From Candidatus Omnitrophota bacterium (lineage in GTDB: Bacteria > Omnitrophota > Gorgyraeia > Duberdicusellales > 4484-171): DNA of 64,000 bases. Both the position numbers and the translations under genes were made by a program. Below the pieces are notes generated by a model. It searched no databases. It saw nothing but the letters and a program-made list of their open reading frames with translations, and was not told where the DNA came from. This document shows positions 1 to 10,000 of the stretch, in pieces (the first letter of the stretch is position 1; each line of letters opens with the position of its first letter). The DNA is taken from NCBI GenBank assembly GCA_021735655.1, contig JAIPGM010000001.1:192001-256000 (forward strand), read 5' to 3'.

Positions 1-797
1 ATCCAAAAACTAAACAGCCTTATCTTGCCCCGGATAAATTAAAATGGTTTAGTGATGTAAAGTTTAGAAGAGCGGTTGCACACGCTATTGATAAAGAGTC
101 GATAGTTAATATTGTAATGAATGGCCTAGGCGCTCCTCAATATTCGGCGATGAGCCCATCAAGTGGATTTTTCCATAATCCTAATGTAGAAAAGTACGAT
201 TATAGCTTGGCGAAAGCCAAAGAGTTACTTAAAGAAATCGGCATAGTAGACCGCGACGATGATGGTAAAGTTGAAGATTCAAAAGGTAATAAAATCCAGT
301 TCAACCTCTTTACTAATGCCGAGAATACTCAAAGGATAACAATAGCTAATATTATCAAAAAAGATCTTGAGCAGCTTGGCTTTATAATAAATTTTGTACC
401 GCTTAGTTTCAATCAGCTAGCTAGTAAATTTGATTCTACTTACGACTGGGATGCAATAATTTTAGGGTTTACCGGCGGAATCGAACCGCATTTTGGAAGT
501 AATGTTTGGCAGTCAAGTGGGCATCTCCATGCTTGGTATCCAAAACAGAAAAAACCAGCTACAAAGTGGGAAGCTGAAATTGATGATATTTTTAATCAAG
601 GGGTTCAGGAATTAGATCGGGAGAAACGAAAAGTTTTTTATGATCGCTGGCAGGAAATAGTTGCCGAGGAGTTACCGTTGATCTATACAGTACTACCTTC
701 AAGCATATTTGCCGTAAGAAATAAGTTTGGCAATTTAAATCCTACTCCTTATGGAGGAGCTTTTCATAACTTAGAAGAAATCTATATAAAAAAATAA
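1..797 (+). CDS. ABC transporter substrate-binding protein, family 5 (OppA/DppA-like), 5'-partial
   Basis: The open frame runs from nt 3 with no stop and continues into the listed ORF 117..797. The motif FRRAVAHAIDKESIV is typical of SBP_bac_5. It sits immediately upstream of the permease and ATPase genes of an Opp/Dpp-type operon. Confidence 0.75.
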   Translation, partial: PKTKQPYLAPDKLKWFSDVKFRRAVAHAIDKESIVNIVMNGLGAPQYSAMSPSSGFFHNPNVEKYDYSLAKAKELLKEIGIVDRDDDGKVEDSKGNKIQFNLFTNAENTQRITIANIIKKDLEQLGFIINFVPLSFNQLASKFDSTYDWDAIILGFTGGIEPHFGSNVWQSSGHLHAWYPKQKKPATKWEAEIDDIFNQGVQELDREKRKVFYDRWQEIVAEELPLIYTVLPSSIFAVRNKFGNLNPTPYGGAFHNLEEIYIKK

Positions 798-1763
798 ATG
801 ACTGCTTATATTATCCGTCGCCTGCTTCTATTTATCCCATTACTTTTAATAATTACCTTTATCGGCTTTGCTTGTATTAATCTTGCTCCCGGTAATTACT
901 TTGATAGCTTAAAGCAAAATCCCCAAGTATCCGAAGATACAATTAAGCAGTATGAAGCTAAATATCATTTAGACAAGAATGTTTTTATTCAGTATTATTA
1001 TTGGTTAGCTAATGTAGCTCGGCTTGACTTTGGATACTCTTTTACTTATAAGATACCGGTTTTTAAGCTCTTGAAGCTACGGATGTTTAATACAATCATT
1101 TTGTCGCTCTCGGTGCTTATTTTCAGTTGGTTAATTGCTATACCTTTGGGAATTTATTGTGCGGTTAATCAATATAAGTTTAGCGATAAGTTTTTTTCTT
1201 TTCTTTCATTCATCGGTCTTTCAATTCCTAATTTTTTCTTTGCTCTCTTACTTTTATATCTAGCTTCGGTAACTGGAATATTACCTTCAGGCGGAATGCA
1301 TTCCTTGGGTTATGAAAATCTAAGTCGCCTCGGAAAGATTTTTGATGTACTTAAACATTTAATTATTCCAACCTTAGTTATTGGTACGTCAAGTATTGCC
1401 GGACTGCAGCGTCTTATGCGGGGAAATATGCTCGAAGTCCTTAGAGCTCAGTATATTACAACAGCCAGAGCTAAAGGCTTGCCAGAGCGCAGAGTCATCT
1501 ATGTCCATGCAGTAAGAAATGCTATTAATCCGATGGTTACTATGTTTGGCGGAACTTTAGCCGGGCTTTTAAGCGGTGCAGCCTTAACCGAGATAATCTG
1601 CAGCTGGCCGGGGTTGGGTCAGTTGATGCTTGAAGCAGTAAGGAGCCAGGATTTATTTTTATTCGTTGGGGATCTGTTGATGATTAGTTTTCTTTTGATT
1701 ACTGGATATTTAATTGCCGATATATTATTAGCCTGGGTAGATCCGCGAATTCAGTATCAATAG
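798..1763 (+). CDS. Oligopeptide/dipeptide ABC transporter permease (OppB/DppB-like)
   Basis: The N-terminus YIIRRLLLFIPLLLIITFIGF is the classic OppB/DppB start. It is a polytopic membrane protein with a BPD_transp_1-like core. The ATG directly abuts the upstream stop. Confidence 0.85.
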   Translation: MTAYIIRRLLLFIPLLLIITFIGFACINLAPGNYFDSLKQNPQVSEDTIKQYEAKYHLDKNVFIQYYYWLANVARLDFGYSFTYKIPVFKLLKLRMFNTIILSLSVLIFSWLIAIPLGIYCAVNQYKFSDKFFSFLSFIGLSIPNFFFALLLLYLASVTGILPSGGMHSLGYENLSRLGKIFDVLKHLIIPTLVIGTSSIAGLQRLMRGNMLEVLRAQYITTARAKGLPERRVIYVHAVRNAINPMVTMFGGTLAGLLSGAALTEIICSWPGLGQLMLEAVRSQDLFLFVGDLLMISFLLITGYLIADILLAWVDPRIQYQ

Positions 1764-1791
1764 AACGATAAGTTAAGATTGAACAATAAAG

Positions 1792-2886
1792 ATGAAAAAA
1801 GAAAATTCCAGCAATTTAACTAAAGGAATTCGCAAATTAAAAAGACACGGCTTGGCCATGGTTGCCTTTTGGACCATAGTGGCTTTATATCTATCGGCTG
1901 TCTTTGCCGGGTTTATTGCTCCTTATCATTATGATAATGAGGAAAGAACTTTAAGCTATGCTCCGCCGGTAAAAATTCACATTATTGATCAAAGCGGTCG
2001 CTTGCAGAGACCGTTTGTCTATAAAAGAACTTTTGAGTTTGACGAGTTTTATAATCGTGTATATAAGGAAGATAGAGCTAAAATGTATCCGATTAAATTT
2101 TTTACCAAAGGAGATAAATATAGCATTCTTTGGTTAGTTAAGAGCAACCGGCATCTTTTTGGCGTTGAAAATGAGGCGAGAATTTATCTTTGGGGTGCTG
2201 ATTCACGCGGTCGGGATATTTTTTCACGCATATTCTACGGTGGACAAATCTCTCTTTCGATTGGTTTTGTCGGAGTGATCATCGCTTTATTATTGGGTTT
2301 GTTTTTTGGCGGAATTTCCGGTTACTTTAGGGGAAAGACCGATACGATTATCATGCGGGTCTGTGAAGTTATTATGATGATTCCGGGATTTTATTTGATG
2401 CTGTCTTTGCGGAGTATATTTTCCTATTCTTTGACTTCTCTACAGATTTACTTTGCTTTGGTTTGCATAATGTCCTTTATCGGCTGGCCGGGCTTAGCCC
2501 GGGTTATCCGGGGGATGAGTCTTTCTCTGCGTGAGCGGGAGTTTGTTTTGGCGGCTAGGGCTTTGGGAGTTTCTGACTTGAAAATTATTTGGCGCCATAT
2601 TATCCCGCATACCTTTTCTTATTTAGTAGTTGCAGTATCACTCTCAATACCAGGATATATTTTAGGTGAATCAGCGATAAGTTTATTAGGTTTGGGTATT
2701 CAAGATCCTTACGCCAGCTGGGGAAATATGTTAAGTGAGTCAATGGCTATTGCTCAGATTAAATTTCACCCTTGGATATTAATACCGGGTGTATTTATTT
2801 TTATTACCGTAATGGCCTTTAATCTTTTGGGTGATGGTTTGCGTGATGTTTTTGATCCGAAGATGACTATTGGTCGGAAATTTTAG
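1792..2886 (+). CDS. Oligopeptide/dipeptide ABC transporter permease (OppC/DppC-like)
   Basis: It has the OppC-like N-terminal extension and an EAA-like loop region (LAARALGVSDLKIIWRHIIPH). It lies in the operon with OppB/D/F-like genes. Confidence 0.85.
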   Translation: MKKENSSNLTKGIRKLKRHGLAMVAFWTIVALYLSAVFAGFIAPYHYDNEERTLSYAPPVKIHIIDQSGRLQRPFVYKRTFEFDEFYNRVYKEDRAKMYPIKFFTKGDKYSILWLVKSNRHLFGVENEARIYLWGADSRGRDIFSRIFYGGQISLSIGFVGVIIALLLGLFFGGISGYFRGKTDTIIMRVCEVIMMIPGFYLMLSLRSIFSYSLTSLQIYFALVCIMSFIGWPGLARVIRGMSLSLREREFVLAARALGVSDLKIIWRHIIPHTFSYLVVAVSLSIPGYILGESAISLLGLGIQDPYASWGNMLSESMAIAQIKFHPWILIPGVFIFITVMAFNLLGDGLRDVFDPKMTIGRKF

Positions 2887-2901
2887 CTTTTTAATTTTAA
2901 T

Positions 2902-3867
2902 ATGGAAAATATATTAGAGATCAAGAATCTGCACACTTATTTTTACACTGAAGACTCAGTCGTTAAGGCGGTAGAGGGGTTGAACCTTTCGGTGAAGAGG
3001 AACGAGGCTTTGGGCTTGGTCGGTGAATCAGCCTGCGGAAAAAGTGTTACCGCTAGTTCAGTGATGCGCTTGATTCAGCCACCGGGTAAGAGTGTTAACG
3101 GCGAAATTATTTTTGAAGGGAACGATATTCTAAAGCTATTTCAAAATCAGATGCAAAAAATTAGAGGTAAGGATATCGCGATTATCTTTCAAGAGCCGTT
3201 TATGGCATTGAATCCGGTATATCGAATTGGTTTTCAAATTGGCGAGGCTATTGGCTTTCATCAAAAAGGGGTATCAAAGGAGACCAAAGAGAAAAAAGTT
3301 ATTGATCTTTTGAACAAAGTTGGAATTCCTGATCCAAAGTCAAGGCTAAATGATTACCCGCATAATTTAAGTGGCGGCCAAGCTCAAAGAGTAGTAATCG
3401 CAATGAGCCTATCTTGTGAGCCTAAGTTAATTATTGCCGATGAACCAACTACCAGCCTAGATGTAACCATCCAGGCTCAAATAATGGAGCTTTTGCTTAA
3501 GTTAAAAAAAGAGAGTAATTTTACTTTTATTTTAATAACCCACAATCTAGCTCTTTGTTCAGAGGTAGTTGACCGGATAGCAATAATGTATGCTGGCCGG
3601 ATAGTTGAATTGGCTAAAACAGAAGAAATATTTAAAAATCCCTTACATCCTTACACTCAGGCTTTGTTTTCATCTATCCCCAGGGGTGATTGTATTAAAA
3701 AGAAACTAAAAGTTATTGAAGGTTCAGTGGCAGATCCGGCTAGTAAACCTTTAGGCTGTCATTTCAATCCGCGTTGTCCAAAGAAAAAAGATAATTGTCT
3801 AAGCCAGTATCCGGAATATAAAGAGATTAGTCCAGGGCATTGGGTGAGTTGTCACTATGTGAAGTAG
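2902..3867 (+). CDS. ABC transporter ATP-binding protein (OppD/DppD-like)
   Basis: Walker A is GESACGKSVTA, the ABC signature is LSGGQAQRV and Walker B is LIIADEPTTSLD. The Cys-rich OppD-type C-terminal tail (CHFNPRCP) is present. Confidence 0.85.
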   Translation: MENILEIKNLHTYFYTEDSVVKAVEGLNLSVKRNEALGLVGESACGKSVTASSVMRLIQPPGKSVNGEIIFEGNDILKLFQNQMQKIRGKDIAIIFQEPFMALNPVYRIGFQIGEAIGFHQKGVSKETKEKKVIDLLNKVGIPDPKSRLNDYPHNLSGGQAQRVVIAMSLSCEPKLIIADEPTTSLDVTIQAQIMELLLKLKKESNFTFILITHNLALCSEVVDRIAIMYAGRIVELAKTEEIFKNPLHPYTQALFSSIPRGDCIKKKLKVIEGSVADPASKPLGCHFNPRCPKKKDNCLSQYPEYKEISPGHWVSCHYVK

Positions 3868-3873
3868 TAGACT

Positions 3874-4842
3874 ATGAGTGCAATATTAGAAGTTAAAAAT
3901 TTAAAGAAATATTATCCGATCAAAAGAGGTTTGTTTTATAAGACGGTTGGTTGGCTGAAAGCAGTTGATCGGGTGAGTTTTTCTCTTGAGCGGGGGAAAA
4001 CTTTAGCTTTAGTCGGTGAGTCTGGTTGTGGAAAAACCACTCTGGCTAGATCAATAGCTAAGCTAATTGAGCTGGACTCAGGCGAGATTAACTTTCTCGG
4101 TCATCAAATAACTAATATGACCGCAAGCCAGATGAGGCCGTTGCGTCGAGATTTGCAGATTATTTTTCAAGATCCGTTTAACTCTTTAGATCCCCGTTTT
4201 ACGGTAGCTAAAATTATTCAGGAAGGGCTAGCTGCTTTACATAGCGTAAAATCAAAACAGGAGATACTTGATTTATCAAAGAAGATGCTTGATCGGGTGG
4301 GTTTACCAGAGAATTGTTTAACTCTTTATCCGCATGAGTTTAGTGGCGGACAGCGCCAAAGAATTAGTATTGCCCGTTCATTAATTCTTAATCCGCAACT
4401 ACTTATTCTTGATGAACCAGTTTCAAGTTTGGATGTTTCTATCCAGGCCCAGATCATTAATTTATTGCTAGAGTTACAGGAAAGGTTTAAACTTACTTAT
4501 TTATTTATTGCCCATGATTTAAATGTAGTTAGGTGCGTCAGCGATGAGGTATGTGTGATGTATTTAGGAAAAATAGTTGAGCGAGCTCAGTCAAAAGAGT
4601 TGTTTGGGAATCCACTACATCCCTACACTGAGACTTTGCTTGCGGCATCACCGCAGCTAGAGGTTAAGAAAATAAAAAGAGTTCATATTGCTAGTGACAC
4701 TAAGGATCAGCCAAGGTCAAAAGGGTGCTCATTTTATTCTCGTTGCAGTTTTCGTTCTGATGGCTGTCGCAAAAAGCCACCGGAGTTAAGAGAGGTAAGT
4801 AGCGGCCATTGGCTTAGTTGTTTTAGGTCAAGCTTGCCATAA
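3874..4842 (+). CDS. ABC transporter ATP-binding protein (OppF/DppF-like)
   Basis: Walker A is GESGCGKTT, the signature is FSGGQRQRISIAR and Walker B is LLILDEPVSSLD. The C-terminal oligopeptide-ABC tail is CSFYSRC. Confidence 0.85.
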   Translation: MSAILEVKNLKKYYPIKRGLFYKTVGWLKAVDRVSFSLERGKTLALVGESGCGKTTLARSIAKLIELDSGEINFLGHQITNMTASQMRPLRRDLQIIFQDPFNSLDPRFTVAKIIQEGLAALHSVKSKQEILDLSKKMLDRVGLPENCLTLYPHEFSGGQRQRISIARSLILNPQLLILDEPVSSLDVSIQAQIINLLLELQERFKLTYLFIAHDLNVVRCVSDEVCVMYLGKIVERAQSKELFGNPLHPYTETLLAASPQLEVKKIKRVHIASDTKDQPRSKGCSFYSRCSFRSDGCRKKPPELREVSSGHWLSCFRSSLP

Positions 4843-4914
4843 AACCGCGCCTTTTTCAGGACTTTTCTTTTTATTCTATTGATTTTTTTCCTTCGCTATT
4901 GATTTGTAATTTGG

Positions 4915-4942
4915 TTGGAATTCATTGAATTTAATGTATAAT
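4915..4942 (+). promoter_or_regulatory. Candidate sigma70-type promoter (TTGGAA - 16 nt - TATAAT) in the 143-nt gap upstream of the glycan locus
   Basis: TTGGAA at 4915-4920 and a perfect TATAAT at 4937-4942 with 16-nt spacing. This is the only sizeable AT-rich intergenic gap before a >22-kb co-directional gene run. A T-rich run at 4862-4890 may act as a weak terminator for the opp operon. Confidence 0.3.
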
Positions 4943-4985
4943 AATTAAGATAATATCAATAAGGCTTTCTAAAGGGGCCTTTGTC

Positions 4986-6293
4986 TTGAAATTACCAATG
5001 AAAAGAAAGAGAATCCTGATTGTCGGAGGCGGGTTAGCCGGCTTAAGTGCTGCCTATTTTTTGGGTAAGCAGGGCCAAGCGGTATCTGTCTTTGAAAGAG
5101 AGAAAGAATGTGGAGGATTGTGCCGTTCAATAAAAAAGAATGGCTTTACCTTTGATTTTGGAGGTCATCTTCTGCACTTCCGAAGAAAGGATATTTTTCT
5201 GCTGGTCAAGAGACTTCTTAAGGGCAATTTGCTAAAACATAAAAGAAGTGCCTGGGTTGATACTCATCAACGTTTATTGCCTTATCCGTTTCAGGCTAAT
5301 CTTTTCGGTCTGCCTAAAAATATAGCTGCAGAATGCCTTCAAAACTTTATTGAGGTTAATACTAATGGACAAAAAACTGCTAAAACCAATAATTTTCGGG
5401 ATTGGATAGATAGCAATTTTGGTAAAGGGATTGCCAGGCATTTTATGGTTCCTTATAACCTTAAATTTTGGAAAATGCCCTTAGAAAACCTTTCTTATGA
5501 ATGGGCAGAGCGATTCGTAGTTCTTCCTTCGCGTAAAGATGTTGTTGAGGGGGCCATTGGAAGCCGAAGTAATAATTTAGGGTATAATTCCTTTTTTTGG
5601 TACCCTAAGCAAGGCGGAATAGAAGAGTTGATAAAGTCTTTTTCCGGTAGGGTGGATGATATTTTTTTAAATTCCGAAGCAGCAGAAATCGACCTAAAGA
5701 ATAAAGCAGTAAGGTTTAAGAATGGTTCCAAAGAGAAATTTGACATTTTAGTTTCTACCATACCTTTACCCGAGCTTGGCAAAATTATTAAAGGATTGCC
5801 AAAAGATATTTTATCTGAATTTAGAAGATTAAACTGGCTATCTATTTATAATATAAATCTAGGGGTAAAAGGAAATATTAGGCCAGGACAACACTGGATT
5901 TACTTTCCGAGAAAAGATAGTTCCTTTTTTAGAGTCGGATTTTTTAATAACTTTTCATCGCAGCTTGCGCCACGAGGCATGAGCTCTTTATATGCCGAAG
6001 CTTCATATCTCGGTGGTTCTGCGATAAGTAAGTCAAGGCTTGCCACGGCGATAAAAAAAGATTTAGCCAGAGCCGGAATTCTCGGAAAGGATAATTCTAC
6101 TTGTTGCGAATACACGAATGATATAGATTACGCTTATCCGATTTATGATAAGAATTATAGGACAGCCAGGCATAGAATTTTTAAGTTTTTGTCGAAAAAC
6201 AAGGTTGTTTCGGTCGGCCGTTATGGCGGTTGGCAATACCTATCTATGGAGGATGTTATTTTGGAGGCCCAAGCTACGGCTAGGAGTATATAA
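4986..6293 (+). CDS. FAD-dependent oxidoreductase, UDP-galactopyranose mutase (Glf)-like / amine-oxidase fold
   Basis: It has an N-terminal Rossmann dinucleotide motif ILIVGGGLAGLSAAYFL...ERE..GG. FGGHLLHF is comparable to the Glf GxHIFH block. The C-terminus YPIYDKNY...VGRYGGWQYLSMEDVI is comparable to the Glf YP...GRL..YKYYDM block. Confidence 0.5.
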   Translation: MKLPMKRKRILIVGGGLAGLSAAYFLGKQGQAVSVFEREKECGGLCRSIKKNGFTFDFGGHLLHFRRKDIFLLVKRLLKGNLLKHKRSAWVDTHQRLLPYPFQANLFGLPKNIAAECLQNFIEVNTNGQKTAKTNNFRDWIDSNFGKGIARHFMVPYNLKFWKMPLENLSYEWAERFVVLPSRKDVVEGAIGSRSNNLGYNSFFWYPKQGGIEELIKSFSGRVDDIFLNSEAAEIDLKNKAVRFKNGSKEKFDILVSTIPLPELGKIIKGLPKDILSEFRRLNWLSIYNINLGVKGNIRPGQHWIYFPRKDSSFFRVGFFNNFSSQLAPRGMSSLYAEASYLGGSAISKSRLATAIKKDLARAGILGKDNSTCCEYTNDIDYAYPIYDKNYRTARHRIFKFLSKNKVVSVGRYGGWQYLSMEDVILEAQATARSI

Positions 6294-7076
6294 ATGAAGT
6301 TTAGAAAAAGAATAAAAAATGTATTTTTCCATAAATCCATTTTGTGGGAGATGTCGATTAAGCAGCTTAAGGCAAAGTATTCTGGTTCTATGTTGGGTAT
6401 TTGGTGGGCAGTGGCGACCCCTCTTATTCTGGCTGTAAGTATTAATTTTATTTTTACTAATGTATTTAAGGTGGGTATTGAAAATTTTACCTTTTTTGTT
6501 TTATCAGGGATAGTCCCTTGGCTATTGTTCTCTAATGCTATAAACGAAGCCGCCGGGTCTTTTATTGCCAATTTTTCGGTATTAAGGCAGGCCATTTTTC
6601 CTCGAGAGTTTGTTCCAATGACTTCGATTATCTCTAATTTTTTAATTTTTCTGATCGGTTTATTGATTCTGCTTCCTTTTTTTATTGTTTCTAATCCGAG
6701 GGTAATTACGGTTTTGCCGTTTCTGTTGGTAGTTTTATTTTTTTATTTATTTTTTCTTGTCGGGCTTGCTATGATTTTTTCATCTTTAAATGTTTTCTTT
6801 CGTGATGTATCCCATCTTTTAGCTATCGGGTTAATGGTTTGGTTTTGGGTTACGCCTATTTTTTACTCTTTGGATATGTTACCGGCTTCATTTCGCTGGA
6901 TCTGCTTAAGTAATCCAGTTACTTACTATGTAGTTTCTTATAGATTAATTTTGTTTGAAGCGAAGCCGTTATCCCTTCCAATTTTGTTAACTTTATTTTT
7001 TATTTCCTTTACGTCATTCATCGTTGGTTATGCCTTTTTCCTTAAAAATGAAAATAGTTTATTAAAACGAGTATGA
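6294..7076 (+). CDS. ABC-2 type polysaccharide exporter permease (Wzm/TagG-like)
   Basis: ILWEMSIKQLKAKYSGSMLGIWWAVATPLI is the canonical ABC-2 (Wzm) N-terminal motif. It has six predicted TM segments. Its ATGA overlap with the downstream ATPase indicates translational coupling. Confidence 0.8.
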   Translation: MKFRKRIKNVFFHKSILWEMSIKQLKAKYSGSMLGIWWAVATPLILAVSINFIFTNVFKVGIENFTFFVLSGIVPWLLFSNAINEAAGSFIANFSVLRQAIFPREFVPMTSIISNFLIFLIGLLILLPFFIVSNPRVITVLPFLLVVLFFYLFFLVGLAMIFSSLNVFFRDVSHLLAIGLMVWFWVTPIFYSLDMLPASFRWICLSNPVTYYVVSYRLILFEAKPLSLPILLTLFFISFTSFIVGYAFFLKNENSLLKRV

Positions 7077-10000
7077 GGATAATAGAATTTAATAATGTTT
7101 GGGAGAAGTACCGGATTAAATTTGTAAGGGACAGGAAAGTTTCTTGGGAAGAAATTTGGGCTTTAAGCAATATAGACTTTACAGTTAATAAGGGTGAAGT
7201 TATAGGAATAATTGGTGAAAATGGTGCCGGAAAAACTACTTTATTAAAATTAATCGCTGGCATGTTTGCTCCGGATAGAGGAGATATATCTGTTCGAGGA
7301 AAGGTATCGGTATTGATGGAGCTAGGGGCTGGTTTTAATCCTGAGTTTACCGGGAGGGAAAATGTTATTCTTAATGCCCGTATCTACGGGTTAGATACAG
7401 ACATAGTTGAACAGCAAATGGAGAAAATCGTCGAATTTGCTGATATTGGTAAATTTATCGATGCCCCGGTTAAATATTATTCACAGGGCATGTATACCCG
7501 TTTAGCATTTGCTTTGGCTATATTTGTAGAGCCGGATATTCTTTTAATTGATGATATTCTATCGGTAGGCGATGCTGACGCACAAAAGAAATGTATTGAT
7601 AAAGTATTCAAGTTAAAGGAATCGGGAAAGACTATTATTTTAGTAAGTCATGACATGCATATGATAAGTAGGCTGTGCGATCGAGTTATCCTTTTGGATA
7701 AAGGTAAACTTATCGACAGAGGTAATCCCGCTGAGATTATCTATCATTACCTAGAGACTGTTGGGGATAAAAGTGGTATTGCAGTTTTAGAAAAGGATAA
7801 ATTAAGATTAGTATTTAATAATGGGAGAATTACTTTTAGCTACGCAGGAGTGCCCCTTACTAAAGAATTTGGTGGTTATGTGGCTTATTTTGTTTCTTCC
7901 CTTGGTAGTTGGCTTTCTTCTTTTGATTTATTCTGGAAGATAAGCCATTTTTCAGCTAATAAAATTGTTGCTGAGGGAGAATATAAAGGTAGAGGGCCTT
8001 CTCAGGTTTGGGTTTTGGAATTTTCTGAAAGCAGATTATGTTGGCAGGTGAAGATAAAAGACAAAGATGTAAGAGATCCGCATATAGATTTATTGCTTAA
8101 CCCTCAATATAAAAAATGGTTAAATTTAGACCAAGGCGGGGGTTTTCCTTCCTTTATTTCTAAATCTACTTGGCAGAATTTGGGTTTAGCTAATTTTCCC
8201 CAAGCTATGGTCGGTTTAACCGCAGACTTGGAAGTTAAGAGTTGTCCTTCTTTTGTTTTGACCGCAGAGGATAAGGATACTCAGATTAGACTTTTCAATA
8301 CAGGTTATGACCAGGAAGGACGCATTATTCAGTTGGATTTAAAGTTAGCCGGAGACAATCTATTTTTTCTTAAAATATTTCCTGAGAAAAATATATTTGA
8401 AGAGTATATTAAAAAAGAGAAAGATATATTTGAAGAGAGCATTAAAAAAGTAAACCAGCAACTAGCTTTAGAGAAAGAAGCGCAACAGGTCAGATTGCGG
8501 GATTTATCAACTTTTGCTTGGGGCAATTTTAGTCTTTTTGCTGATAAGGAGGAAAAGTCTTTAAAGCTATACTTTAAGAATAAAGAAGTCACCAAAAAAG
8601 AAGGATTCCATATATCTTTTTTGATCAATAATATCTGGTACGATACTACTTCTGCGGATTGGCAGATAACTAAAGAAAAGGAAGTTTTCATAATTAAACT
8701 ATTTTGGAAAGTGTTTGATTTTAAACAAACTTGGAAATTTTCAGTTAAGAATGGGGGGCTTCTTTGGAATTTAAATTCCATCGTAAAGAAAACCTTCAAT
8801 CCAGAGATTATGAAAATCGGTTTACTATTAATAAGTGAGTACAAAACTTTCTTTTGCGGTTATCAGCAGGAAGATTTTCCAGATAAATTCAGCTCTTGGC
8901 AGGATATGTCTCTCAAAGACCCGAAAGCAAGATGTTTTGGTTTAAGAAAACAAACATCGTTACCGGCGATTGCTTTAGATAACAATGAAAGTTTTGATTG
9001 TATTGTACAGAACAGCGATGAAGAAAATTCCTGTCGGGTACTACAGCTAAGCCTTCCCAGGCAAAGTTTTATTCAAAAAAATACATCTTTTGGTGTTCAA
9101 CTTAGCCTGCTTGAAGAGGAAAGTCCCATTGATCATTACCTTAAACAAGAAAGACAGGACCATTTACTTAGGCAACAAGAAGCAAAAAGATTGCTTAGCG
9201 CTAAAAGTACTATATCAAAAGATAATTTTCGTTTTTTTGTTGATAAGGAAGAAAAATCTTTAAGGATATACTTTAAGGACAAAGAGATTACTAAAGGGGC
9301 CGGTCTACATAGTTCATTATGCGTTTTCGGGAAGTGGTTTCATAGGGAGGAAACTAGGTGGCAGACAAAAAAGATTTCCGATGAAGAAGTAGTTTTAATT
9401 TTAAGTTATGACTCACTACCGCTTTTACAAATTTTTTCTCTTAGTTTCAAAAGAAAGGGTATTCTAAGAGTTAAAGTCGAAATGGAAATAAGCGAGCAGA
9501 TTCATTTGTCTGATCATCATCTGAAGCTTGAGCTTCAAGATGACTATAATAATTGGGATACTGGCTATGAGCAAGGCAATTTTTTTATTGATCGATATGT
9601 GGATGAGATCGGTCCGATTAGACTAAAAGATAATAGAATTTCGAATATACTATTGAGATCAAACAATGAAAGTAAAATTCCAAAAATGCTTTTGAAAATT
9701 ATTTCCCAAATTGATAGACGAATTATAAACCTTTATAAGCGAAGAAGTGAAGATGGAGAATGCGTTGGCCTTTGCTCTCCTTTGATTGTATCTAAAAAAG
9801 AAGAACTGGTTAAACCTGGAAAGTATACTTATTTCGAAGGAGAAATCATATTTGGAAAAGAAGCTAAATTAGAAAGAGAAGCTTCTAGGGTAGATATTGT
9901 CGAGCTTAAAAAAGATGATATAAGATTTGTTTTTGATCGTGGCAGAGTTAAAATTTTCTGGAAGGAAGAAGAGTTAACTTCGGAATTAGGAATTTATACC

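Noticed and set aside
478-490. GGAATCGAACC, resembling the reverse complement of a tRNA T-arm (GGATTCGAACC)
   Set aside because: It lies in-frame inside the SBP coding sequence (…TGGIEPHFG…). No flanking acceptor or anticodon stem complementarity was found, so it is a coincidental match.
5495-6595. Three minus-strand ORFs (5495..5782, 5900..6115, 6221..6595) inside the Glf-like and Wzm genes
   Set aside because: They lie fully inside well-supported plus-strand genes with clear domain motifs. They have low-complexity translations and no RBS, so they are typical antisense shadow ORFs. The same applies to the other short minus-strand track ORFs inside plus-strand genes (8329, 12179, 13780/13803, 15128, 15634, 17459, 18573, 19053/19142, 20285, 21105, 21909, 22706, 25441, 26996, 29368, 33186, 33689, 36448, 37814, 41866, 43140, 44665, 47955, 53144, 53780, 54343/54437, 54940, 58415, 58823, 62155, 62627) and to the short plus-strand ones inside minus-strand genes (28478, 28569, 40041).
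8393-8450. Short in-frame direct repeat (…atatttgaagag… twice) giving IFEEYIKKEKDIFEESIKK inside Wzt
   Set aside because: It is a minor internal duplication within the linker between module 1 and module 2. No evidence of phase-variation (it is not a homopolymer and not at the 5' end).
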